Shown here piece after piece: positions 45,519 through 59,758 of a stretch of 64,000 nt of DNA. Source of the DNA: the human T2T-CHM13v2.0 reference genome, Homo sapiens; assembly GCF_009914755.1 (NCBI RefSeq), contig NC_060948.1; one strand, given 5' to 3'. How positions within the stretch are numbered: the stretch's first letter is position 1; each line of letters opens with the position of its first letter. The notes beneath the pieces were generated by a model. The model ran no database searches and was not told where the DNA came from. It worked only from the letters and a program-made list of their open reading frames with translations. Both the position numbers and the translations under genes were made by a program.

Positions 45519-48500
45519 TGCTGAGATCAGCTAGGTCGTGAAGACCTTAACCCAGTGGCACTAGAGGAATTAAAGACACACACACAGAAATCTAAAGTGC
45601 AGAGTGGGATCAGTGGGCTGACAGCCTTCAGAGCTGACAGCCATGAACAGAGTTTTACCCACATATTTCTTGACAGCAAGCCAGAGATCAGCGTTGTTTC
45701 TATAGATTATAGATTCAGTAAAATGGAAGACAAAGGGAGGGGTTCTCGTTAGTTATCTGCAGCAGGAACATGTCGTTGAGGCACAGATCACCCATGATAT
45801 TATTTGTGGTTCAAGAACACCTTAAGTGGTTTTCTGCCCTGGGTGGGCCAGGTGTTCCTTGCCCACATTCTGGTAAACCCACAACCTTCAGTGTAGACGT
45901 CATATCTATTTTGAGCATGTCATAGTGCTTCAGAGATTTTGCTTATGGCCAGTTTTGGGGCCTGTCGATGGCCAAATTTGGGGGCCTTTTCCCAACATGT
46001 CTTCTTTTTTTGTTTTTCTAAGACAATAAAAGCAAATGCAGCTTTACTACTCTGAGCTACTTCTCGCAGGAGTCGGGATCTGCATCTGCAGACTATACAA
46101 AGACAAACAACAGAGGCTAAAAGCACAATCATCATTAAAATCACAGAACCTCCAAGAGTTCTTATCCATTTTATTGGATTAGTAGCTGCTAATCCATCTG
46201 CAGCTCCTTCAAGTACCCCTGTTCCTGGCATTAAGGTTAAGTGTGCCTGGGATACTTCAAATAATTGTTATTTTAATTTACAATATCCAAAGACATGTTC
46301 ATAGAGTGTCCTTCTAGATGCTTTTTTATTCTTTCTCAAATGTTTATACTACGAAGAGCCATTAATAGGTTCCACAAATCCTTATTTTTAGCTCCTAGAG
46401 CGAGCCATATCATTTGAGGTTGAGGTGCCATTATACCGCCATGTTTCCAGAGGAACTCTTGCGGTACTTCTTACCATTTTTACCATCTGATGGCTTTGTT
46501 CAGACCAGCTGAACATAATGTGGCTGTGGCACATAGACTGAGAGTTGCAATTTAAGGTAAACATCCCCTTAGGGGGCCAAACAATAAGGATTCCCTAGGA
46601 ATTGTTACACAGCACCTCAGTCTGTTCTGCAATGCAATTTTCCCAAACAAGTACATTCATTTTCTCTGGCCACGTCCAGCTCTGTTTACAAACAGGTTTT
46701 TAAGGGTGGTATGCCTCAATTATAGGAGCAGATTTATTATGAAATATACTGAGACCAGAAAGCATGTGTGTCAGCATGGACAGGACTGTGTCAGTTCTGT
46801 TAAAGAAATACTCATGGCAATGGTGATCACCGCTTTGATAGCTATCATTAAATTACTCACTGGGACTGGTTGTCCCACCTCAGATTTTCTCTCACCATCT
46901 GTGACAGCTTCTTGATCTGTCCTCAGGTGGGTGGCTGCTTTTGATGGGTGTTGCTCATGATATTTGGGGTCCTCCTCAGGGTCAACTTAGACAAGACTGC
47001 CACCGATGTGTCTTTGGAATCCTCTCAAAACCACTTTCTTGGTATCTGGCTCATAGCAGGGCTTTAGATGTCTCAATGGCATGCACATTGGCAGTTGATT
47101 TGGTACTGGAGAAACACAAGCATAACCTCCACTCGATGTTATTATTTTACCTATTTCCCAACTTTCCATTATTGGATCTCTCAACCAAACCAGTTTTTCT
47201 GCTTCTATCTTTGCAGCTGGCTTCTGTAGATGCTGTTTGGCTGCAGATAGCATCTGGTCCTAGACAAGCTCAAAAAATTTAGAGTAAATCATGCTAGATT
47301 CAATTTCATATGTGGCATCCCACAGTCCCTGTTTCCACCTTTTGCTTTTGCAACTGTTGTTTAAGGAAGAGATTCATTCTTTCCACTATGGCTTGTCCTT
47401 GAAAATTATATGAGATACCAGTAATGTGTTTAATATTCCATATAGAGAAAAATGTAGCTAGAACTTGGCTACTATAGCCTGGGTCACTGTCCTTTTTAAA
47501 GAAGCTGGAATGCCCATCACCACAAAACACTGCAAAAGGTGACATTTAACACAGGCAGAAGACTCTCTTGATTGGCAAGTAGCTCAGACAAAGTGAGAAA
47601 ATGTGTCCACACATACATGTATATAAGCTAGTCTCCCAAACAAGGGAAAATGTGTGACATTCATTTGCCAAAGAGAATTAGGTCCCAATCCTCGAGGATT
47701 AACTCCTCCTGTAAAAGATGAGGAATGCACCATTTGGCAAGTTGGGTATCGCTGGATAATAGCTTTCACTTCTTTCCAGATAATGCTGTACTGTGTTTGA
47801 GACCAAAAACATTAACATGGGTTGAATTGTGAAAGTGTCTGGCATTAGATATTGTAGTAGCAACTGGCGGATCAGCCATTTGATTCCCTGCAGTCAAATG
47901 TCCTGGAGGAGGTTTATGAGCTCTAATATGAGTAATGCAAAAAGGGTTCATTCTACTTCTAGCTGCTGTGTGTAATTGGGTAAATAAAGTCATCAGTTGC
48001 TCATCTGTGTGGAATCATAGCTGAGCATTTTCAAGTAACTGTGTAGAATGAACCACATATGAAGAATCAGAAATCACATTTATAGGCATACTAAAACAAG
48101 TCCATACCTCAATTACAGCTGCAAACTCCACCTTTTGAGATGAAATATAGGGCATTTCCTGAGCTGGAAATGCCCTGGTTTAGAAAGCGGACTGGGACGG
48201 CCCCTCCTGGCATTTCCCAAAATCAGGTTTCCATCTTTATCAAACTTAGAGTGACACTGATTATCCGAGTAATTTTCTTTTTGCATTTTGGACATATTCC
48301 AGGCTCAGCAGTTTTCCTTTTATCCCTCAACTTGTGGCCTGACTCACTGATTTTTTTCACATTCTTTTCCAGTGTGACCATGCTTCCCACAGTTAAAACA
48401 AGCTCCAGGAAATGGAGTATTTCCTTTACCCACTTTCAGTCCTGTCATGGCTTGCACCACCAAAGTAGCTTTATGCAGATTACCTCTGATACCATCACAG

Positions 48501-50131
48501 GCCTTGATATAGTCAATTAAATGTGCTTTCCCTCTAATAGGTCACAGAGCCACCTGGAAATATGGATTTTCATTGTCGAAAGCTCATAACTGCAACACTA
48601 TATCCTCAGCAGCTAAATCTGCAGTCATTTTTTAAGAGACTCTTATAACCAAGCTATAAAATCTGCATATGGTTCTTTTGGTCCCTGTTTTATAGCACTA
48701 AAGGAAAGATATTGTTCTCCTCCTGAAGTTATTTTTCCAAACTCTAATGCATACTCCTCTAAGCTGTTCTATGGCATCACCCAGCATGACCACTTGTGCA
48801 TCCAAACCAACGCAGCTGCCTACCCCCAAAAGATGGTCTGTAGTTATATTAATTTGAGGTTGGGCCTGCGCATTGTGAGAAGGCTGAAAAAAGCTTCTTC
48901 TCCTCACCAAGTTTTAAACTGTAAAAAGTGAGCGAGAGTCAGGCAAGCTCACGTAAGAGCATCCCATTCAGTAGGAATCATCTGACTGGGGACAGCAACA
49001 TTCTTTAACAGTACCATTACCAAAGAAGAACCTGGTCCATATTGATTAATAGCTGGTTTAAATTCTTTGAGTAATTTAAAAGGAAAAGGCTCAAAAGTAG
49101 TGATAATATTTCCCTGTTGACCTGGGGCATGTATCCTAACAGGGAGCTGCCAAGCCTCTATATCACCCTCTCGTCTAGGTTGCTGAATTCCTGCCTGAAT
49201 AGAACGAAGAGCAATTGCTCATGGCACTGCTTGAACAATCATGGGGCAACTAGTTTTTGGTCAGTGGGTTCCAGAAAAGAAAGATCTACAGGGTCAGACC
49301 ACTCTTTTTCTTCAAAATAGTGAGGGAGTGAAGAAGGGCAGAGACAAACCTCTCTCTCCTTTGCCACTTTAGCTTTAGCTGGCAAACAAACCTGTTCTGT
49401 CACCTCTTCTGTTACTTTGCTATACTCTCCTTCCTCCTAATCATCAATGTGAAAATGTTCCAAGGTGGAACAAACCAGAACCTGGACTTGTCCCATTGTT
49501 AACCTGATGCTTCCAAACTCCCCTTCTAACTCACTATGGCGATTGCTTAAGAGTAGCCAGATGTCCTCCAGTGTAGTCCTACATTCTCCAACCATTGCTC
49601 CTGTGACCTTTGACCTGGATTTGAGACCCCGTATAGTCACCACTTGCCGAGGCCAGCTCGGTCATGGAAACCATAACCCAATGGCACTAGCGGCATTAAA
49701 GACACACACACACACACACACACACAAATATAGTGTGCACAGTGAGAATCAGGGGGCTAACAGCCTTCAGAGCTGAGAGCCATAAACAGAGTTTAACACA
49801 CATATTTATTGACAGCAAGCCAGTGATAAGCATTGTTTCTATAGATTACAGGTTAACTAAAACAGGAGACAAAGGATGGGCTCTGGCTAGTTATCTGCAG
49901 TGGGAAAGTGTCTTTGAGGCACAGATCGTTCATGGTATTATTTGTGGTTCAGGAATACCTTCAGTGATTTTCTGCCCTGGGTGTGCCAGGTGTCCTTGGC
50001 CTTCATTCTGATAAACAACCTTCATTGTAGTCATCATAGCAATCAGAAGCATGTCACAGTGCTATAGAGATATTGCTTATGGCCAGTTTTGGGGCCAATC
50101 TATGACCAGATTTTGGGGCCTGTTCCCAACA
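45519..50131 (-). mobile_element. HERV-K9 (HML-3) provirus, internally deleted, MER9 LTRs at 45519-45997 (3') and 49645-50131 (5')
   Basis: Two similar LTRs starting TGTTGGGAA on the minus strand; gag, RNase H (THIRAH), integrase (WQMNVTH...VCVDTFSH, HITGISYNFQGQAIVER) and env TM remnants; flanks AAGTC / AAGCC. Confidence 0.9.
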
Positions 50132-50139
50132 AAGCCTTT

Positions 50140-52620
50140 ATAATATATGTAAAATAGCCAATGATTTAGAGCATATTAATAATATAGATCAATGAAAAAA
50201 TTATAAAATACATATCCTACCCTTCAAAATAAAACAAAATTGGGAAGACTTCCAGAAAATATAAGCAAAAATGTGTTCTTCCTCAAATGCTGAAGGGTTA
50301 TAGTAGAAAGACCTTTGTCAGAGATTTTATTTGTTAAGTGACAAATGATTTAATAGAAATCAAGCGTTTATTTTTCAGTTCACTGGAGCAAAGTTAAAAG
50401 CTGCAAAAACAACTCCTATGAAAGCCAGAGCTTCTAAGTGTAAGATAAAATTTTAAAAAAGAATAACACACTGACTATCAAGAAAAGAAACATCCCTGAG
50501 GTTTGGACTCCAGCAATATTAGTGTGAGAATAAACCTGACAGTTCATTGATACAGTAAACTGAGGAGTAAATTTAGATATATTTTCAGGAAAGAGACCAT
50601 TTCTGTGTCCAGTGGGGTTGGGCACCCTGCCTAAATAATTGGTGGAAGAAAGCATGATTCAGACATTTTGGTAAAATACTTAAGTCAGTACAGAGAGTCA
50701 TGTCTCACAGATACTAGGATCTAACACAGAATGAGGTTTGTATTCAAATACATGAGAGAAAGATTTATATCTCAACCTCTATCCTGTGGTATATTCAAGA
50801 CTGAGGTTAGATTGTTTCATGTTGCCTACAAAATATAAGGTCCCCAAAGGCAGAAATGGGTATACAATACTAGATTGAACAATTAAGTTCCTAAAAACCT
50901 AAAAAGGTTAACACAAAACTGCCCCACTAAGAATCACTTTACACTCAAGAACTAAAGATTGCTTTATCACTTCACAGACGACATTAACAATTCACAGATG
51001 GATGTTCCATGTCCTAAGGGGTAGCAAAGGAAGACACACTTAATGGTCATACTCAAGGATAAAAAGTTGAATCAAAAAAGTCTTCATAATGAGTAGGTTT
51101 AGGAGTTCTCTGAGATGAAGAAATGGAATCTAAAGGAAAAAAGATGTGGGTAGGAGGAAAAAAATAATCTTTTTTAAATAGACAATTATACATTATTGAA
51201 AAATCAACCATATATTAAAGGAACTCAAATAATATTTTGTTTGTTTGTTTCTTCTGCAGTAGACCCCGAACAAGTACAGTAGGAAAAGTACTTTCCTATG
51301 TTGATCTGTAGTAAGTTTGCCAGGTGCAGGGACATAACATTTCAATTTAAAATTTGATTACTTTTTGACAAACAATAAAGAATTTGTTTTCAGTATGAGC
51401 CTGTCCCATGAGATAACGAGAATTTTAGTAAGTTACTAGAATATTGAGAATTATACTAAAATGCTATTTGCTTATTTAAAATGAAAATATAACTGGTAAT
51501 CCTGTATTATACCTGGTGACCGTAAATGAAACAGAAGTCAGGAAAGTGGAACTCAGTGGTGGAAGGTTTTATATACATTTACAAGAAACAAAAGAAGACA
51601 AAAATATACAGAAAGGGAAACACACAGATTTTGAAAATAATCTCTACAGAAAATATTTATCCACATAAAATATCATTTACTAGAAACATATTTTTAACTC
51701 TCAAAGATTATGCCAATATTAAAGACTTATCAAAAGACCAAGAGAAAGAAACATAAAGCTTATTTTATTTTAGCAAAGAGAAAAATAAATCTCAAAATAA
51801 AAGAGGTAGGCAGGAAGTTTTTGTTTGTTTGTTTGTTTTGTTTTCTGAACGGGGCTAGACATAGGTTTTACTTTGTTTAAAAAATGCTATTGAATTTTTT
51901 TAATTTGATTCTTTAATTTTTTTAATTTGATTTTCTGATTTTTTTAATTTGATTTTTGAATTTGATTAACTACAGAAACTGTAGAAATTTGGTGATTAAT
52001 GTCAAAAGCACAAAAAGAAAAAAATACGAGTAAGAAAAGTAAATGAATACAATTAGAAAAACAGGTGACGGGTGGGGAAAGGGAGAGAAGAACAAAGGCA
52101 GATAGGAGGCAAAGGCAGAGCCAAAGAAAATCTAGGGTAAATGAAAAACTGACTGAGCAGGTGTTAGTTATTTAGATAAGAGAGTAACCATATTAGATGT
52201 AAGCTGTTTAAACTCATGTGTTAAAATATAAAATACTCTACCGTTAGATTGATAAAAATTTGCTTTCACCTAGGAATAATCACACTGAAATATTGAAAAT
52301 AAGGATTTAGAAAAAATTAACAAGTATTTATCCAAAAAAATTAGGCCACTGTTATTATATAAGGAAAATGAGAATTTTAGAAAAAATGCAAGGAATAAAG
52401 ATGGAGAACTATAGATGCAAGGCAACAGACAAAATATGAAACATCAAAATATTAAAAAATTTTAAAGATAATATAACAGTCACAAACATAAATTCCTCAG
52501 TAGCATTATCACAATATACATCTGAGGCAAATTTTATGAATATCTATTTATATAGACAAGCCCCAATTGTAGTGAGATGTGTTATATATGTGACTCATCT
52601 AGACTAATGAGTATACAGAC
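50140..52620 (+). mobile_element. Very old A-rich L1M remnant
   Basis: A-rich strand bias and weak L1 ORF1/ORF2-like motifs (CCCCAATTGTAGTGAGA). Confidence 0.4.
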
Positions 52621-52855
52621 ATTTAGTCATCAATAGAAACACTTGGCAATGTTTGTGTACTTACTTTTCTTCAGTTTCAAAATGTGAAGCCAAGTAGTAG
52701 AGCATGTTTTCAGAATTTCACAGCTCTGCAATAGAGCAAATATTAATACAGAATAACACTTTTCCCCTTCAACGTCAACTCCATCTAACCTAACTAGCAT
52801 GATGCTTTGCCTTCTCACATGCTCTCTAGACATCCTACTCACCCTTCTTTTCTAG

Positions 52856-54780
52856 ATCCACATTCTCATGATACTGTCTTCTAACAGAGCTTACTTGGAT
52901 GCCAACACAATGCAGGCTTGTGAAGATATCCAAGCAAAGAAGGAACAGGAACTGCAAGATATCAAGTCGTAGTAAAATGAATAACTCAATTCTTACACAT
53001 AAATATTTGGCAGAGTGTTTCAGCTGAAGCATTTACAGCTCTGACAAATCATCACATGGCTGCTCTGCAGTAAACATATGTATTCCACCAAACTAATGTA
53101 AATGTTCAAATACCTCACTTTCTATCTCAAGCTACTGGGATGTATCTCCAAGGAAAACTTCCCAGTGGTTAAATCTTTTTATTCAGAAAAAATATGAGAG
53201 GTTTTAAGTTAGCAATTTTAAAAGGCAACCCTTTGTTAAAATGATTGTTCATACTCCGGAAATTTGTGGCATGTTCACATTTGTTGCTAGAGCAGTTCTA
53301 TTAAGACACTCATTGGAATATGTGATGCTTCTTGATAGGGACCTGTAACATGCCAGCTTTCAAGGGATGAGACCACGAATTCACATATACGCCATCTATC
53401 CTCAAATAACTGCTATCTACATAGGAAATAAAATGGAATAGGGGTGAAGTTTCAATTCTTAGAGCTGGCATTTATTAAACTTTGCCTCAAAGATAATGTG
53501 ATTTTTATGACTGACTTTTCAAATTAGCTTTTCTTCCCAAGTCCAGGCTCCCTTAATTTCCTCAGCCAATAAGAAAATATTTTTCAAAAATGCAAAAATT
53601 AGCAACAATTATGCTGACTCCACTACAGAAGAATTTGGATTCTGACTCATTGATTAGCTTTCCAAATGCAATTTTATAATCTACTCCTAACAGATCTGGA
53701 TTAAGACTCATTCACAAGATTTCCAAAAGCAATTTTTTAATAGGTTATATTCCAACAACATACTCATCCATTTTTCATTATCCTTGGGATAAAAATGTCA
53801 GCTCCATCTTAAGGAGGATATGTTTAAATTTCTAAGAATTTGTATCACAACCACAGACCCAAATATGTTTCATGTAATTTTGCTCCATAAATATTTTTCT
53901 TAAATAGAAAATGTTACTTTATTAAAATGACCCCCCAATTTTAACCATTTCAGTGGTCTAGTTAAACAGTTTCATACCAACTCTCTAAAACCTAAATTTA
54001 AACTGACCATAGGCCACTAATCTCTTACTTTTATAGACTCGAAGACAGAATTTAAATTAGGTTTAGTATTTATTTGTTTAATCTAAATCTTAGTTTCCTG
54101 GAATAATAAAGTTTGATGTTTAGCAAGAAAAGTACTTGAGTTTAAGCCAGTTTCAATACAAGCTTGCCTTCTGCATTATTATTGAGTAGCAGACATTAAG
54201 TGACTATAGTTACTGGGTATTAGTGATGGTAAACTTTGTGTTTTTCATTATGAAATAATCTGTGTAACTGTTGGGTATATCAGTGCTTTCAAATGTGCTG
54301 CTTAGAATAGGATTAACTGTAAATTCATGTCAAGAATTAACTTGTGATTTGGCTGTTTCCTGAATTTTATAATATACATGTGCAGAAATGTATTCAAAAT
54401 TGAGTAAGGAAGCACACCTCTATCAGCATGCTATTAAACTTGAACATCAAGTATCATATATCGGTAGAGTTTTGGGGGTTTTTTTATTATTTGGGATTTT
54501 TTTTTTAATTGAGAGAAGCTCTCTTCTGTGCAGAATGGCTATTTCAAAGTATCTCACTGTTTGTTTTCCTGTTCCATGACTATTTTTTCCAGCAGTGGTG
54601 ATGCATTGAAGTCCAGTTTTCTAGAAGGGGAGTGTCTCAACCCTAATTTTACTTTTCTAATTCTGGTAGCTGCAGGAATTTTTGAAAGTTTTGTTTAAGT
54701 AGTCTAATATTTTTTATGTAAAGAGCATTAAATTTTGCTGTGTATAAATTGTCATAATCTAAAAGTGAATCAACATTTTC
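52856..54780 (+). pseudogene. GPM6B pseudogene: last coding exon (52856-53002) plus probable 3'UTR
   Basis: Pyrimidine tract plus AG at 52854-5, then IHILMILSSNRAYL-DANTMQACEDIQAKKEQELQDIKS**NE*LNSYT-TAA versus GPM6B IHFLMILSSNWAYLKDASKMQAYQDIKAKEEQELQDIQSRSKEQLNSYT*. UTR extent is inferred. Confidence 0.85.
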
Positions 54781-54784
54781 AGTC

Positions 54785-55075
54785 CTTGAATCCTAGAACT
54801 TTTGGGAGGCCGAGGCATGTGGATCATGAGATCAGGAGATTGGGCCCATCCTGACTAACACGGTAAAACGCAGTCTCTACTAAAAACACAAAAAATTAGC
54901 CGGGCGTTGTGGCAGGTGCCTGCAGTCCCAGCTACTCCAGACGCTGAGGCCAGAGGATGGCGTGAACCCGGGAGGCAAAGCTTGCAGTGAGCCAAGATTG
55001 CACCAATGCTCTCCAACCTGGGCAACAGGGCAGACTCCATCTCAAAAAAAACAAAAAAAAAAAAAAAAGAAAAAA
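54785..55075 (+). mobile_element. AluY-like element
   Basis: GGCGTGAACCCGGGAGGC...GCTTGCAGTGAGCC and long A-tail. Confidence 0.9.
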
Positions 55076-56127
55076 CTTCCGTCAGTGCCCAAGTGCCAAG
55101 CGCTTCCTATAGTTCTAATCAAGCGTTACAATAAATACTTGTAGAAAATAGTCAATATTTATGCATGCTTATTTTGCTGACATCCATAAGTGGAAATAGT
55201 TGTAGATGTACTAAGAGTAATGAAGTAATATTATAGCTTCATTTACTTGCCTTTTTACTATATATAAATCTATCTTTGTCCCCAGTATGGTGTCACATTT
55301 GAATAATGTGCATAGTAAAGATTTCATGTTGTTATAAAAATCAAGTCTGTGAGTGCTACTTGTTTTATTTTTGGCAAAAATCTCTTCAGCAATTTAAGAA
55401 AATATTATAATCCACTGGGCTGTATTGGGCATAAAAGTGCCACTAACACTTCTGTAGTTCTCTGTATAAAGTTATACGTTTTATGACCAGTTTTGCAACA
55501 AATAAAATCTATCTACCAGTAAGATTAACAAGGCTTAAACTTGGGCAAAGTACAACAATAAGTTTCCCTGTGTAGTTGGTTATTTTTTCAAATCAATAGT
55601 ACAAAATTCTATGGAAAGGTTTACTCAGGAATATATAAAAAAAAAAAACCTGGTTCTAACAGTTACTCTCTAGAATAGCAGAGCTAAATATGTTACTCAG
55701 GATTTTATTTAATAATCTGTTTGAACTCCTTATCTGTCAACATGATTCTAAATTTGGGTTCTCTGCATCTGACATTTCTTAGTGCCTCATAGTCTTTATC
55801 ACTATTGACACATGGCCATCTCTAATTCAGGTTCTGACTCTGGATCATCTCCTTTCATTCATGCATGGCAGGAGAAGAGTACACAGTTCAATTGGTGTAC
55901 TATTTGTCACACTACATACTACCTTCTGTTTAAGTAACAATTTGTGCAATTATTTAATTCACACAAATCAACAGAGGAAAGTGTAAGTAATAGATAGGAT
56001 CACCAGAAGTCTCTAAATTGTCAAAAGTGATCTTGCCACCTGGGAAGGAACCCTATATTTATAAACTAATGAAATACTTGAAGCCAATTCATGAAGTATT
56101 ATGACCAAAGTTTCCACAATAAAGATG

Positions 56128-56503
56128 CTATCTCAGTATCTTCCTGTTCCTATAACACAATACCTTAGACTGGGTAAGTTATGAAACCAGAAATATGTTT
56201 CTTACAGTTTTAGAGGTTGGGAAGCCCAAGGTAAAGGCACTGGCAGGTTCAATGCCTGGCGTAGGCCTAGTTTCTGCTTCCAAGATGGTATCTTGTTGCT
56301 GTGTTCTCCAGAGAGGACAAATAAAGTATCCTTAAATGGTGGAAGGGCAAAAGGGCCCAGTTATTTCCATTAAGCCCTTTTATAGGGTTGCTAATTGCAC
56401 TCTTAATTGCCTCCAGAAGCCCCCACCTTTTAATTCTATCACACTGGAGGGTTTAACTTCCAACATATGAACTCTGGAGGGACACACACATTCAAACCAC
56501 AGG
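56128..56503 (-). mobile_element. MaLR LTR (MST/MLT1A-like)
   Basis: TATAACACAATACCTTAGACTGGG...TTCTGCTTCCAAGATGG...ACATTCAAACCACAG. Confidence 0.8.
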
Positions 56504-56744
56504 TATTAAATGTAAAGATCAGAGGCAATATTGTACTATTCATAAAGCCTAGGAATTTCTGTGTGTTTTTATGTTCCGGGAGAAAACTGAAATGTGCCGG
56601 CAAAAGATGACCTCATTTTACAGATGGCAGTCCTTCACTGGAGAGGAAAGAAAATAGCTTAATCTTTAAAGAGTAGGCCTGGAGTTAATCAATATGATAG
56701 GTTATACTCATTTAAAATTTAGGAAATATAAGCTTAGAAAAACA

Positions 56745-56826
56745 GCTCTTTTTAGTGTAATGAATGAGAAATTCTGTGACTGGAGAAGCTGTCGAACATC
56801 TTCATTGATTCCAGAATCATCTTCTC
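56745..56826 (-). pseudogene. Probable OFD1 pseudogene 3' remnant
   Basis: Minus strand TTTTAG then KMILESMKM (OFD1 KMIEESLKI) followed by TTCTCCAGTCACAGAATTTCTCATTCATTA resembling recalled OFD1 3'UTR end; tail-to-tail with GPM6B as on Xp22. Short match. Confidence 0.45.
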
Positions 56827-57369
56827 TAAAACAGATGGGCATGAAAGCACAAAATACACAAACACATTTATAAAACATTTTAAGTGTTTAAAAATGCAGT
56901 ACTATAATTCCATCGTGTATGCCAGTGAACTAATTTTTAAAATTGGAATCATTGCTATCATCAATGGAAAACAAATAGGTCATCTCAATGAAGGAAGTGA
57001 TTAATTTCCCTCAAGTGTCCTGTGCTTCAGATTTGAATTAACCAGGAATCTAAGGAACATTCATATGTTGCTGTAATTCAAGCAAGACTTAGCAGGTCTA
57101 TTAATTGGACAGATAAATTTATCTGCTAGGCCAGAATCAGAATATAGAAGGGAAGCAGAGAACCAGAGGAAGGAGGGAGGCAATGTATGCCCCTGGAAGC
57201 AACCTTGGACTGGCAGCCACCTTCACTGTTTGGTTCTTCTACAGCCAACTAGCTGACATTGACAGCCTCTTATTTCAGCTCTTTCTTAAATTTATTATTA
57301 TTCTTAATTTTTTGTTTGTGTTGAAACTGAGTCTTGCAAATGGACGGCAGCCCTTCTTAGAGTTTCAGC

Positions 57370-58230
57370 GATTACTCTGATGTGGATCCTTTCCATATCT
57401 TTTACTCCACTCCTGATCTCTATACCTAGCCTCCCATCCACATTTCTGATAGTTTCTTTCCATACACATGTAGAAACTCCACAGCACCAGCTTCATCCCA
57501 GGAGTGATCATCCCAGTCCTTCGCTCATGAGCCATCTTCCATCCACCCAGTAACTAGCCCTGGCACATTCACACTCTCTGTCCTGTGGCTGCAAGAGGGG
57601 TCTTCCTCATCATCTGCCTGGAATACTGAAACAGCCCTGTCAAGGCTCTCTGTGAATTCAGTCTCTGCCTGCGAGAAACCTGTGGTCATCTGCACCAGGC
57701 ATTCCCTGAGGGGAAGATTGTATCTCATGTACAGTGTCTCTGCTCTGGTAGAGTCCAATGCCATGGTATTCTGGGCTCTGATAATCTGCCTTTTTCTTTC
57801 CAGATTGATTTCACATAACACCACCAACATTGTACTACAAATGTTTCATCTGTACCAACCCATTTTCTGGGGTCTGACTATGGCTGTAGCTTCCTTGCTT
57901 GGCATTTGCCTTCACTATCTCCTCAGCTGGTGACATTTCCATTCTGTCATAAAGGGTGATATGCTGTTGGAGACCAAACTGAAATTCCAACTCTTCCTTA
58001 TTTCTGAAGTGAAAAGTAATCACTCCAGCACATTAATTGTGCAATATCTTGTACCTGCTTCTTGAAAATATACACATACTTGTTTCTTCTGTTTCTATCT
58101 CTTCCAGGGAAGGCCCATATTTCAACAAATTGTCTGTTCCCTCTGCATCATGGCACGGGTCCCTACATCTCAAATGTTTAAATAGACCTCATTCTCAGAA
58201 ACAATTATGCTGACCTTTCTCTTCCAGTTC
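57370..58230 (+). mobile_element. Degenerate L2 LINE fragments
   Basis: CT-rich motifs (CTCCTGATCTCTATACCTAGCCTCCCATCCACATTTC, TCTGCCTGGAATAC) typical of L2. Confidence 0.55.
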
Positions 58231-58839
58231 TACCCATAACCTATTTTTTTATGAGTAAGCAATGCAAATATACAGAAGAATTTATAGGTTCACCAGAGGG
58301 TCATGAACCTTTTTGCTCTGCCTTGTTCTAAAGTCATCAGCAGGGACTGAGTTAGTTTCAAAAACAGGAGAAAAGCAACACAGTTTTTTCTCTGTCTCCA
58401 CCCACCATCTCTTCTCAATCCTTCTCATGAAATTAAAATACCTTAAGAGACAGTTAATCATTTCTGCAAGTAGAAAGGCAACTTTCTGTGTGCTAGAAGA
58501 ACAAGAAGAAAAAAGTTACTTATAAATGAGATTGCTTTCTTATATGAAATAGTAATTTCAAGATAGTAATATTATTTAAGCACCTCTTTATTAAGGAAGA
58601 AAGGAAGCAAAACTACTTCACTGCTCTGGTTTATATTTTGTACCTACGTGGTGGAATACTGAAACCTCTTTGGACACAACGGAAAGAAATGAAGTATGTC
58701 CATTGTGCCCCTTGCATCAGAGAGAGCATATTTCAGCCTTTTCAATTTCCATTGAGGCTAGAAGAAGTGAAATGATGAATATAAAAAATTCTCAGTAACA
58801 CCAATGTTACTCACTATGCTGCTTAATAATGTTTTTTTA

Positions 58840-58841
<2 letters not shown>

Positions 58842-58882
<41 letters not shown>

Positions 58883-59133
58883 GAATCTCACTCTTTCACC
58901 TAGGCTGGAGTGCAGTTGAGCAGTCAGCTTAATGCAACCTCCACCCCCTGGGTTCAATTGATTCTCCTTCCTCAGCCTCACAAGTAGGTGGGATTACAAG
59001 CCCATGACACCATGCCTGGCTAATTTTTGTATTTTTAGTAGAGATGGTGTTTCACCACGTTAGCCAGGATGGTCTCAATCTCCTGACCTCATGATGCACT
59101 CATCTCAGCCTCCAAAAGAGCCACTGCACCCAG
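58842..59133 (-). mobile_element. Alu with (ATT)n tail
   Basis: (TTA)n at ~58842-58882 then antisense Alu. Confidence 0.88.
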
Positions 59134-59758
59134 TAAATAATTTCTAAATCCAGTATTATAATCTACATTCCACCTCAGAGGCAGAACACCAAGTTATTCA
59201 GTTGAATTCCTTTATCTTATTACCTTGTTTCAGTCCCTTTCCCAGGTCTGTGACAAATGGCTGCCGGTCAAAACTCCCTCTTGTAGCCATGGCCCCTACT
59301 CATCTGCTTCAGCCCAACTCTACTACAGTCTTGGGTAATGGTTTGCTGACCATCTGCCTCAGTGTCTAGAAATTCAGGATGACACGAGCTTGGTTTGATT
59401 CACTGTTGTATGATCAGCCCCAAGGAAACTGCCCAGCAGAGACAGGCTCTAGATCAGGTCTTACAGAGTGGTTTCCAAAACGCATTTATTCTGGAATAAG
59501 CAAAATCAAACTTCTCAAAATCCCTTGCCTCTTTAAGTAATTCTATATGTTACTGAATGCCATGACTATACCCAAGAAACTGCTAACCAGACATTTTGGA
59601 AATATTTTTAAGATGTATTTCCAATGTTTGGGAGGGAGTAAGAGGTGGCTTTCCTTGAGAAAATTACTTTCATATTTGAGGATGAAATACTTTGGTCCCA
59701 AAAGAAAAGAGCCTGGCTGTTTGCTCATCCCTGAAACAAAGGACAAAGCTCCCACTCT

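Noticed and set aside
57525-58023. Overlapping 62-101 aa ORFs suggesting a retrogene
   Set aside because: DNA resembles decayed L2; similarity to OFD1 peptide is too weak and ignores OFD1 introns.
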